In this document: in pieces, positions 1 through 9,911 of the stretch
Layout of the letters: every line of letters begins with the position of its first letter
How positions within the stretch are numbered: position 1 is the first letter of the stretch
Assembly (NCBI GenBank): GCA_963675295.2
Contig: CAXXKJ010000002.1
Span: forward strand, 2,208,001-2,272,000
DNA: 64,000 nt
Direction of reading: 5' to 3'
Source of the DNA: a bacterium
GTDB lineage: Bacteria > Electryoneota > Electryoneia > Electryoneales > Electryoneaceae
Made by a program: the position numbers and the translations under genes
Notes under the pieces: model-generated
What the model was told of the DNA's origin: nothing
Database searches by the model: none
Seen by the model: the letters and a program-made list of their open reading frames with translations, nothing else

Positions 1-152
1 GGTGATTGCGGCATGCTGCCGCCATGCGAGAGGTAGGGGAGAGGCGGTATCAGTTGAAGTTTTCGTCACGATGAATCGTAAGAAATACAAGAGTTTGCAT
101 TGAAATGAACTCAATGATTCAAGAAAACCTGAAGTAAGTGCGGAGCAAGAGT

Positions 153-180
153 TAAAGTTGTCAGTTCAGGATTCCGATAG
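153..180 (+). promoter_or_regulatory. sigma28 (FliA/SigD)-type promoter of flagellin 1
   Basis: TAAA (153-156), 16 nt, TCCGATAG (173-180); fits TAAA-N15/16-GCCGATAA, about 105 nt upstream of a flagellin start. Confidence 0.75.
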
Positions 181-286
181 GAGAGGGAACGACCGAAAGG
201 ACAGTCGTCCCAACTCCCCAGGCCGGACGGCTGAACCTCAACAACAGGCGAGCGATAGCAGCCGCCTTTGTAGAAGGAGCCCGACC

Positions 287-1123
287 ATGAGCACAACACG
301 CATTAACCACAACATCCTCTCGATGACGGCGCAGAGGAACCTGAATGGGACTCAGAACAGTCTGGACACTGCGATCCAGCGTCTGAGCTCCGGTCTGCGC
401 GTGAACTACGCGTGGGACGACCCGGCCGGCTTGGCGGTGTCGGAACGTTTCCGTGCGCAGATCGAGTCGATGGACATGGCAGAACGGAACGCCAACTACA
501 ACGTCAACCTGCTGGCGACGGCGGAAGGTGCGTTGTCGGTGGTCGACGACAAGCTGGTCCGCATGCGTGCGCTGGCGATCCAGGCCAGTAACGGCGCGTT
601 GACCTCGGAAGACCGTGCGTATCTCGACACGGAGTTCCAGCAGATGGTCAGTGAAATCACGCGAATCGCGAACACGACCAACTACAACGGTCTGTACCTG
701 CTGAACGGTAGCCTCAGCCAGACCGGCATCAAGTTCCACATCGGCACGTTCAACACCATGCAGGACGACTACTACTACGTGCAGATGCAGTCGATGACGT
801 CAAACGATCTCGGCATCGACGCGCTGAACTTGACAGACACGGTCAATGCCCAGGGTGCGATTCTCAGTCTCGACAACGCGATCGAGATCAAGGACGCGGA
901 GCGTACCCGGATCGGTGCCTTCGTCAACCGTCTCCAGGGCACGATTCAGAACCTGCAGATCCAGCGCGAAAACGCCACGGCGTCTGAATCGGAAATCCGT
1001 GACGCGGATGTTGCGCGCGAGATGAGTGAATTCGTCCGCTCGCAGATCCTGATGCAGACCGGTGTCTCGGTGCTGGCGCAGGCGAACCAGGTTCCGCAGA
1101 TGATCGCGCAGCTGGTGGGATAA
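287..1123 (+). CDS. fliC: flagellin (short, 278 aa)
   Basis: RINHN...RLSSGLRVN..DDPAGLAVSE N-terminus and ESEIRDAD.A.EM...ILMQ.G.SVLAQANQ C-terminus; AAGGAG RBS before ATG 287 (the ORF-track start at 158 is probably too long). Confidence 0.95.
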   Translation: MSTTRINHNILSMTAQRNLNGTQNSLDTAIQRLSSGLRVNYAWDDPAGLAVSERFRAQIESMDMAERNANYNVNLLATAEGALSVVDDKLVRMRALAIQASNGALTSEDRAYLDTEFQQMVSEITRIANTTNYNGLYLLNGSLSQTGIKFHIGTFNTMQDDYYYVQMQSMTSNDLGIDALNLTDTVNAQGAILSLDNAIEIKDAERTRIGAFVNRLQGTIQNLQIQRENATASESEIRDADVAREMSEFVRSQILMQTGVSVLAQANQVPQMIAQLVG

Positions 1124-1183
1124 TCTGATGCGCGTGCAAACCACAATAACGCCTGATCCACTCACCGGGAGGAGGAACCCTCG

Positions 1184-1570
1184 ATGAGCAACCCGATGGC
1201 CAATGGGGCCAAGCTGTACAGTATCGGGCAGGTGCACGCGATTACGGGTATCCCGAAGCCAACACTCCGATTCTGGGAAAAGGAATTCTCGGGCTATTTG
1301 GCACCGCAGAGGACCGAAGGGAATCAGCGGCGATATGACGAGCAGGCGATCCAACGAATTGAACGGATCAACAAGCTCGTACACAGTGAAGGCTATACGC
1401 TCGAGGGCGCGCGACGGAAGCTGGCCGCGGAAGATGCAGCAAAAGAAGCAGCCGAGGCGGCCATGCCCGGCATCGATGAGAAGCACCTGCACCAGTTAGC
1501 GGAAACCATGTCGGACTATCTGTTGAAGAAATTGTTCATCCACAGCCAGTCCGGCGAAAACCCGAGTTAA
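1184..1570 (+). CDS. MerR-family HTH transcriptional regulator
   Basis: YSIGQV...TLRFWEKEF...PQRTEGNQRRY...EGYTLEGAR motif; GGAGGA RBS. Confidence 0.88.
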   Translation: MSNPMANGAKLYSIGQVHAITGIPKPTLRFWEKEFSGYLAPQRTEGNQRRYDEQAIQRIERINKLVHSEGYTLEGARRKLAAEDAAKEAAEAAMPGIDEKHLHQLAETMSDYLLKKLFIHSQSGENPS

Positions 1571-1833
1571 CAGCAAGAGAGCTTGCTGATACTGTCCGGA
1601 ACGAATCCCGTCTGTTCCGGCTAAGCAGGCATCCGGTGGGATAACGCCCCGCTCTTTGACAAGCGAGCCAACTACCGATCATCGCGGATGGAGTGCTCAC
1701 AACGGCGAGTTTTCGCCGATTCCACGCGACACTGCACAGGTATCGCAACCCCGCATGATACCGGTGGTAGGCCTAAGTGTTTTAAGGATCGGGTGACCGT
1801 GCCGCGTTCAGGCACACCCACAAGGAGGTACAC

Positions 1834-2667
1834 ATGAGTACCAGGATTAACCACAATATTTTGTCGCTGACCGCGCAAAGGAATCTGCAGACCACCCAAC
1901 TCGATATGGACACGGCGCTCACGCGTCTGTCCTCGGGTCTGCGTGTGAACTTCGCGTGGGATGACCCAGCCGGCCTGGCAGTTTCGGAACGGTTCCGTGC
2001 CCAGATCGCCTCGATGGAAGAGGCGGAAAGGAACGCGAACTACAACATCAACCTGCTCGCCACGGCGGAAGGGGCCCTTCAGGTCATCGACGAAAAACTC
2101 GTCCGGATGCGTGCGCTGGCGGTGCAGGCGAGTAACGGTGCTCTCACCAGTGAGGACCGCAGCTACCTGCACACTGAATTCGACCAGCTTCGTTCAGAAG
2201 TGACACGCATTGCCAACACGACCAACTACAACGGACTGTATCTGCTCGACGGCAGTCTCAGCGGAACCGGCATCAAGTTCCACATCGGCACGTACAATAC
2301 TCGCAACGACGATTACTACTACGTGACGATGACTTCGATGACCGCGACCGATCTCGGGATTGACGGTTTGACCTTGGCCGATACGGCGAACGCGCAGTCG
2401 GCGATTACCACCATCGACAGCGCGATCACGACCAAGGACAACGAGCGTACACGGATCGGTTCGTATGTGGAACGTCTGCAGAACACCGTGTTGAACCTGC
2501 AGATCCAGCGCGAGAACGCAACAGCGTCCGAATCGCAGATTCGCGACGCGGACATCGCGGCGGAAATGAGCAACTTCGTGCGTGCTCAGATCCTCATGCA
2601 GTCCGGCGTCTCCATGCTGGCGCAGGCCAACCAGGTCCCGCAGATCGTTGCCGGTCTGATTGGCTAG
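1834..2667 (+). CDS. fliC: flagellin (short, 277 aa), paralog of 287-1123
   Basis: Same flagellin N- and C-terminal motifs; AAGGAGG RBS. Confidence 0.95.
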   Translation: MSTRINHNILSLTAQRNLQTTQLDMDTALTRLSSGLRVNFAWDDPAGLAVSERFRAQIASMEEAERNANYNINLLATAEGALQVIDEKLVRMRALAVQASNGALTSEDRSYLHTEFDQLRSEVTRIANTTNYNGLYLLDGSLSGTGIKFHIGTYNTRNDDYYYVTMTSMTATDLGIDGLTLADTANAQSAITTIDSAITTKDNERTRIGSYVERLQNTVLNLQIQRENATASESQIRDADIAAEMSNFVRAQILMQSGVSMLAQANQVPQIVAGLIG

Positions 2668-2685
2668 TCTCGAATTCTACGCCAA

Positions 2686-2718
2686 AGAAAACCCCTCACT
2701 TCGGTGAGGGGTTTTTCT
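2686..2718. terminator. bidirectional intrinsic terminator
   Basis: AAAACCCCTCAC-TTCG-GTGAGGGGTTTTT between convergent genes. Confidence 0.9.
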
Positions 2719-2742
2719 GTTTGTCGGAGTAGGATACAACCG

Positions 2743-3144
2743 CTACAAACCCGGTGCCTGCAGGCTGCCGGGGATCAACTCACGAATGCGCTGGAACAGT
2801 TCAGAGAGATCGAACGGTTTTTCCAGGTAGGCGTCCGGCTCGTATTCCGATTCCTCGACCAGACGTTTCAGATGCGCGTAGCCAGTGATCAGAAACACCG
2901 GGATCTCCGGGCTGTGCGCCTTGATCTTGTCCATCAGCTGGGCACCGTTCATGCCCGGCATGAAGATATCGCTGATCACGAGATCGACGTTGCCATCAAT
3001 CTCCTGAAACAAGTCCCAGGCTTTCTGCCCATCCGGTGCCCCGAGAACCTCCGCACCGAACATCTGGAACCCCTGAGTGTAGAGATCCAGCAAATCCGGT
3101 TCGTCTTCAGCGATGAGCAGTTTCAACTTTCCGTTGTCAGACAA
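2743..3144 (-). CDS. single-domain response regulator (receiver)
   Basis: LIAEDE, VISDIFMPGMNG, ITGY, KPF receiver motifs. Confidence 0.92.
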   Translation of the reverse strand: MSDNGKLKLLIAEDEPDLLDLYTQGFQMFGAEVLGAPDGQKAWDLFQEIDGNVDLVISDIFMPGMNGAQLMDKIKAHSPEIPVFLITGYAHLKRLVEESEYEPDAYLEKPFDLSELFQRIRELIPGSLQAPGL

Positions 3145-3364
3145 GGTCGTTCTCCAATGCCAAAAAACCGGCTGTTACAGTGGGTATGATTGACGTTGAA
3201 GATAGAGAACAGGGTCCGGTCTCTCCAAGCAAACTCCAAGAAACTGCCCCCACCTTCGAGCTAGCTACAGGTATTATTATTAAAATTATATTATTGATAA
3301 TATAATTATAATTTAACCCTGAGGCAACGCCGGGATTGACCGTTCAGCCCGGAGAAATGTATCG

Positions 3365-4432
3365 CTATTTTTCGATAGGCTCAGTGTTGACAAGATCTTG
3401 AACGCTCTCCGCGTCCGTGCGCTGAGAGTCATCTTCCGGACCCTGGGCAAATCGATCAAGTGCCCGCAGGGTTTCGTCCATCGTTTCCACCTCGATGATC
3501 CGCATCCAGGTTCGCCGTGAATCGATGTGTCCCTTGATGTAGTTGCGCACCACTTTCCGCAGTTCGAGCACGCCACGCCGTTCGCCCTTGTCGGCGACAT
3601 TGGCGCGCAGGTGTTCCATCGCCACGCGTGCCTTTTCCGCACGGTCCGGCAGCGGATCGACGGTCTCGCCCGCCAGCGCCTGCCATGTTCGCTGCAGCAG
3701 CCACGGGTTGCCGATCCCGCCCCGGGCGATCATCACGCCGTCGACGCCGTCCAGCGCAGCCATCGTTTGCGCGTCACGCACCGTCCAGATATCGCCGTTG
3801 CCCATCACCGGCACGTCGATTTGCGTCGCGGCTTTCGACAACGCTGGCCAGTCGGCGGGGTGGCGGGGACGGTCGGCCTTGAGCCGCGCGTGAATCGTCG
3901 CCTGGCTCGCGCCGGCCTCTAGGCAGGCGTGCACCACGTCCACCACTTCCGTTTTTTCCCGGATGCCGAGTCGGGTTTTAATCGAGACGGGGATACCGTC
4001 CGCGTTCTCGACCATCCGTCGCACCGATTCCGCGGCCACATCCGGCGTCGCCATCATCCCGCAGCCCGCGCCACGGTTGGCGACCTTGCGCACCGGGCAG
4101 CCCATGTTGAGGTCGAACCCGTCCGGGTTGTACCGCTCACGGACAGCCGCGACGGCTTCGCCCAGCGCTTCCGGTACATTATCGTAGAGTTGCACGACCA
4201 GCGGACGTTCCATTTCCTCGAAATGGACCATATCCCACACCCGTTTCGCGCCGGCTAGCAATCCCCGTGCGGGAGCGAATTCGGTGTACAGGATCACCTT
4301 CGGCGCGATCGAGCGCACCAGGCGCCGGTAGGGGCTATCGGTGACGGCTTCCATCGGCGCCAGCGCGACCAGCGGCCGCTGGCTGTGCCACGGTGACGGC
4401 GAGGGTGTTGTTGTGCTACGGTCAATCGGCAT
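3365..4432 (-). CDS. dusB: tRNA-dihydrouridine synthase
   Basis: LAPMEAVTD, DLNMGCP, GNGDI, GVMIARG motifs; start uncertain (MPIDRS chosen). Confidence 0.88.
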   Translation of the reverse strand: MPIDRSTTTPSPSPWHSQRPLVALAPMEAVTDSPYRRLVRSIAPKVILYTEFAPARGLLAGAKRVWDMVHFEEMERPLVVQLYDNVPEALGEAVAAVRERYNPDGFDLNMGCPVRKVANRGAGCGMMATPDVAAESVRRMVENADGIPVSIKTRLGIREKTEVVDVVHACLEAGASQATIHARLKADRPRHPADWPALSKAATQIDVPVMGNGDIWTVRDAQTMAALDGVDGVMIARGGIGNPWLLQRTWQALAGETVDPLPDRAEKARVAMEHLRANVADKGERRGVLELRKVVRNYIKGHIDSRRTWMRIIEVETMDETLRALDRFAQGPEDDSQRTDAESVQDLVNTEPIEK

Positions 4433-4634
4433 AACGGTACGGATTTCGTTCACGATAGCGGAACCGGCAATTTGCAACCGGATTCCGGCGGTAAGTATTC
4501 CGCACAACGCGGAAAACGCAAGTATACGACTGTAAGAGGTACACATTCCTCTCGGGAGGCGTTCCCAAACTCCGCCTGCCGAGCCTCGTCTGCAAGCGCT
4601 ACATTGTCACGATTGGGCTGGAAACGAGGGTAGT

Positions 4635-5267
4635 ATGCGCGGAAGAGGATTCTTTGCGGCAGCGTTTCTGCTGTTGACCTTGATCGTCTGGGCCGGTTGT
4701 GCCGGGCCGTCACAAGACCGGCGTTCCGATGCGGACACGCAAACTCTGGATCAGCAGCCGGGTGACGCCGATGTCGAACTGGACGAGCAGGTCTATGTAA
4801 ACGTGTATGGATCCGGCGGTGACGACTGGCGTGATTCCTGGCAACCGGACATCAAACCGCCGGCGAGGTTCGACCTGACCGCCGGGCGTGACGAGTCCAC
4901 GGACAGCGCCGACGAGGACAGCTTGCGCATGGTGCAGGGATTCCGGCTGCAGTTGGCCGATGTTCTCGAGCATGGGGCCGCGACCGAGATCCAGGATCGC
5001 GCGCTGGCGTGGTTTGATCACGTCTACGTCACCTTCCGCAGTCCGAACTACAAGATCCGAGCCGGGAATTATCAGACACGCGGCGAAGCGGTTTTGAAGC
5101 TGGAGGTTGCACGGGAACACGGTTTCCGCGATGCGTGGATTGTCCCCGACTATGTGTTCGAGAACCCGCCGCCGCCGATGCGAACTGTCGTGGACAGCCT
5201 GGCGGCGGACAGCCTCGCCGTGGATGCGGAAACTCTTGCGCCACAACCCACGGATGCACCTGAGTAA
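4635..5267 (+). CDS. SPOR-domain lipoprotein
   Basis: Lipobox-like WAGC; GFRLQL...PNYKIRAGNY...GFRDAWIV SPOR pattern. Confidence 0.75.
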   Translation: MRGRGFFAAAFLLLTLIVWAGCAGPSQDRRSDADTQTLDQQPGDADVELDEQVYVNVYGSGGDDWRDSWQPDIKPPARFDLTAGRDESTDSADEDSLRMVQGFRLQLADVLEHGAATEIQDRALAWFDHVYVTFRSPNYKIRAGNYQTRGEAVLKLEVAREHGFRDAWIVPDYVFENPPPPMRTVVDSLAADSLAVDAETLAPQPTDAPE

Positions 5268-5302
5268 CAGATCTGGGCGAACTGTACTGAGATCCTGAAC
5301 GG

Positions 5303-6673
5303 ATGAGCCACGAATTCTCGTCAAAACGCAGCCGCATCGTCGCGGCGATCTTTATTGCAGCATTGGTCGTGATTCTGACCATTGTCATCCTTGTCGTCAA
5401 CACCATGTACGGATCGTCCGAGGTTGAGGACGACCTGGCGGCCCTGCCGGAAGATGTCCTCTCAGCCACTGACAGCACCGGCTTCTCATTCGATGAGGAT
5501 GCTCTTGTCTGGACCAACAGCCACCTGCGCAACGGTGAGGCGCTGTCCACATTTTTCGACCGCATGGATGTGCCCGACACGTTGCGGCCACCGCTGATCT
5601 CCGCTCTGAAATCGCAGATCGACATCCGTAAAATGCCAGCGGGGACGGAAATCGACCTCGGCTGGGAAGGATTGCGCCTGCAACGAGTCGATTTCTCGCA
5701 TGGCCGGTTCGATTCCGTGCTGCAAGCAGGCCGTAACGGAGATGAATTCGTCGCTCAATGGGTGGTGCTGCCCTCGGACACGTTGCTCGCCTACTACGAG
5801 GGCGAGATTCCGATCGGGGGGAGCGTCTACGAGTCCATCGTCGCGGGGCGCGGGAACGCCCGTCTCGCGATCAAGTTCTTCGAGGTCTTCCAGTTCACGC
5901 ACTACTTCGCGGTGGATACCCGCCGTGGTGACCGCTTCTCATTTGTTGTCGAGGAAATCTGGCGTGAGGACGAACGTGTCGGCTTCGGCAACATCCTCGC
6001 CGCACGCTATGCTGGTGAGTTCGACACATTGACCGCGGTGTTCAAGGCGGACGGAATCGGCGCGGGCGAGCTGTTCGACGCCGAGGGCGAGACCTTCCGG
6101 CGTGATTTGCTCCGGGTCCCGTTCCCGGCCGCACGCATCACCAGCACGTATGGCGTTCGCCGGCACCCGATCTCCGGACAGGTGAAAATGCATCACGGCG
6201 TTGACCTCGCGGCCGATCGTGGCACGCCGGTCGTGGCGGCGGGGAAGGGAGTCGTCACCAAAGCCGAGTACGGTCATCCCGGCTACGGCAACTGGGTGCA
6301 TATCAAACACGGCGACAGCGGTTTCGAAACACGTTACGGTCATTTCCAGAAGATCGCGAAACGAATCCGTGCTGGCGTGCATGTCGACCAGGGCACCGTC
6401 ATCGGCTATGTCGGCAGCACCGGGCATGCCACCGGACCGCACCTGCACTACGAAGTGTTTCGTGACGGTCAGCGGATGAACCCGCTGAAGGTGAAAGGCT
6501 CGCCGGTGCAGCGCATTGACGGGGAGGAGCTGGCGCTGTTCCTTGATCAGGTCTACCGGCCGTGGTCGTTCGTCCTCGATCAGGGCGACGAGCACTGGCG
6601 GATGTTGTATCCAGCCACCGCGATGCCGATGCCGAGCGTGCTCACCACCGCCCTCGCTTCATCCGCACCGTAA
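5303..6673 (+). CDS. M23 family peptidoglycan endopeptidase
   Basis: HHGVDLAA..GTPV, YGH, TGPHLHYEV; N-terminal membrane anchor. Confidence 0.92.
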   Translation: MSHEFSSKRSRIVAAIFIAALVVILTIVILVVNTMYGSSEVEDDLAALPEDVLSATDSTGFSFDEDALVWTNSHLRNGEALSTFFDRMDVPDTLRPPLISALKSQIDIRKMPAGTEIDLGWEGLRLQRVDFSHGRFDSVLQAGRNGDEFVAQWVVLPSDTLLAYYEGEIPIGGSVYESIVAGRGNARLAIKFFEVFQFTHYFAVDTRRGDRFSFVVEEIWREDERVGFGNILAARYAGEFDTLTAVFKADGIGAGELFDAEGETFRRDLLRVPFPAARITSTYGVRRHPISGQVKMHHGVDLAADRGTPVVAAGKGVVTKAEYGHPGYGNWVHIKHGDSGFETRYGHFQKIAKRIRAGVHVDQGTVIGYVGSTGHATGPHLHYEVFRDGQRMNPLKVKGSPVQRIDGEELALFLDQVYRPWSFVLDQGDEHWRMLYPATAMPMPSVLTTALASSAP

Positions 6674-6791
6674 CGTGGTGACGCATGGTATGTGCCCCTG
6701 ATGGCTCCGCCAGCAGGGCTGATCGCCGCCTTCCGTCACCGGCATCACAATTCTCCCGCCTGATCATTCTCACCGCGCTCCGCCACGTTGT

Positions 6792-6898
6792 TCACCGCGT
6801 AGCGGTGACGGGTGGTTAGCGTGTGGCTTCAGCCACACGTCGTCCGTCGGACTCCAACCCTTCGCCGCCTCTTTTCGCGTCCTGTAGGGACGCCGCAT
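6792..6898 (+). repeat. REP-like three-hairpin element, family A, copy 1
   Basis: CCGCGTAGCGG, then CGTGTGGCTTCAGCCACACG, then GCGTCCTGTAGGGACGCCGCA; recurs at 17444, 43018 and 44529. Confidence 0.9.
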
Positions 6899-6975
6899 CT
6901 CACACATCCCCCAACGAAAAAACGGGACAACCCATCGGCTGTCCCGTCCTTGATTCATCGAATGTTACACCATCA

Positions 6976-7755
6976 TCACGCGTCTTCGTTCGCTTTCGCC
7001 AACGGCTTCCGTGCCAATCCGACAATATCCGGCGAGGTTTCGGCGTCGAACGGTGTCCCGGAGAAATCACCGTAGAAATCGTTCGCGGCGAATCCTGCGG
7101 TTTTCAGTTCGGCGGCGAGGTCGTCGTGAATCCACGGGCTCAGCTCGGTCGAATACACGTCGTGTACCCAGCCTTCGTTGACCTGTCGGAAGTGGACGAT
7201 ATTGAAGCGAACCTTGTCACCCTCGAAATCGTTGAACCGGAAGTACAGCTGTTCATGCCCGCTTGAACGGTGCGTTGTCGGCAGCAGGAACCGTTCCTGT
7301 GTCTTCAGCAACCGGTCGTAATTGCGGTTTTGGAACACGAACACGCCGCCCGGTTTCAGCAGCGCGAACACATCTCGAAACAACTGTCCCAGTTCATCAC
7401 GATTCTGCAGGTGTGGGATGGAATTCCCGAGGCACAGGATCGCGTCCAGCGGGCCGTCCACTTTTTCGTGAAGTTCGGCGAAAGTACCGTTGACAAACTG
7501 GATACCGTCGTCATCGTCCGGAACCGTCGCCCGTGCGACATCGAGCAGGGCCTGCGAGGCGTCATACGCGATGACGTCGCAGCCCCATTTCCGGAACATC
7601 AGCGAATGGTGGCCGGTACCGCAGGCGAGATCGAGCACGCGGTTGATGCGGTTTTCGCCGAACAGGCGCTGCAGGAACGGGGTTTCCCGTTCGAGCCGCG
7701 TCTTCCAGCGGATCATGCTGTCGTATTTCTCACCGAGCTCGTCATAAAATGACAT
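6976..7755 (-). CDS. class I SAM-dependent methyltransferase (glycine/sarcosine N-methyltransferase-like)
   Basis: VLDLACGTG, ILCLGNSIPHL, LKPGGVFVFQNRNYD. Confidence 0.85.
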   Translation of the reverse strand: MSFYDELGEKYDSMIRWKTRLERETPFLQRLFGENRINRVLDLACGTGHHSLMFRKWGCDVIAYDASQALLDVARATVPDDDDGIQFVNGTFAELHEKVDGPLDAILCLGNSIPHLQNRDELGQLFRDVFALLKPGGVFVFQNRNYDRLLKTQERFLLPTTHRSSGHEQLYFRFNDFEGDKVRFNIVHFRQVNEGWVHDVYSTELSPWIHDDLAAELKTAGFAANDFYGDFSGTPFDAETSPDIVGLARKPLAKANEDA

Positions 7756-7773
7756 GATAACAATCCTCGGGGG

Positions 7774-8094
7774 TCAGCGGACTGGTTTGACGTCCGCGTC
7801 CGGACTGTAATGGATACGATAGACGGTGTCGCCGGGATAGATCAGGTTCTTCTCCCGCGCGACCTCCTCCAACGTGTGCGGATCGCCCTGTTCGAGCAGA
7901 GCGAGCCGTTCGGTGAGGAATTCCCGGCGTGCTTCCAGCGCGCGAGCTTCGGTCGTCAGCTCAGAGTGCTGCTGCTTCAGCTCGCGCACCTGCAACAAGC
8001 CTGCTTCGCGGTCAAAAATGACAAACGTAGCCAGTGCGAGAAACAGTCCGGCGAGGCAAGCGTACATCCACGTGCGTTTACCGGAAATGATCAT
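7774..8094 (-). CDS. ftsB: septum formation initiator FtsB/DivIC
   Basis: TM helix plus coiled coil plus EEVARE..LIYPGD; immediately downstream of eno, a conserved position. Confidence 0.8.
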   Translation of the reverse strand: MIISGKRTWMYACLAGLFLALATFVIFDREAGLLQVRELKQQHSELTTEARALEARREFLTERLALLEQGDPHTLEEVAREKNLIYPGDTVYRIHYSPDADVKPVR

Positions 8095-8119
8095 GGCTTA
8101 CGTATGCCCCCGTGTTGGT

Positions 8120-9406
<1,287 letters not shown>

Positions 9407-9512
9407 CTATCATCCTCACGAGATCGCACGACGGCACGCGGGCCGCCGTTCAATGGCAGAAAAAAGCGTTTGTGGTCACTTGATACAGGATTGTCCACAA
9501 ACGCGCAATGGG

Positions 9513-9878
9513 TTAAAAGTCTTCGCTGTCCGGATCAATGAAGAATTCGTCATCATCGGCCGGCGCAGGCAAGGCTTGCTGGATTTCCAGCGCGTCTTCG
9601 AACCGGTCATCCGGCACCAGAATATTAGCGGAATACCCGGTGCTGATATCTCCGCTGTAAATCGCTTCGATATAGCTGGGAATTCCCTCTTCATCCAGTG
9701 CGTCGAGCAATTGGGTTGCGTGCGTCAACGACGAAACAGGATCGAGTTCTACCCACGCGTCATCGTCAACCTCATCAAACATTTCCCGGGCGCTCCCCTC
9801 GACCAGGGGGCCACCACCGACGACGCACTCGTCCACATCGTCATCGTAGTCAATGCGAGTGCTCGGACAATACCGCAT
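9513..9878 (-). CDS. acidic hypothetical protein, DUF2007-like, with degenerate N-terminal zinc ribbon
   Basis: A..L...L.EEGIP...ILVP....EDA pattern; GGAG RBS. Confidence 0.6.
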   Translation of the reverse strand: MRYCPSTRIDYDDDVDECVVGGGPLVEGSAREMFDEVDDDAWVELDPVSSLTHATQLLDALDEEGIPSYIEAIYSGDISTGYSANILVPDDRFEDALEIQQALPAPADDDEFFIDPDSEDF

Positions 9879-9911
9879 TCCATCTCCGAAAAACTGAGGT
9901 TACCGTCTTGC

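Noticed and set aside
181-286. c-di-GMP-I riboswitch in the flagellin leader
   Set aside because: A GAAA tetraloop-like element is present, but the GGCAAA/GACGCAAAG core is missing
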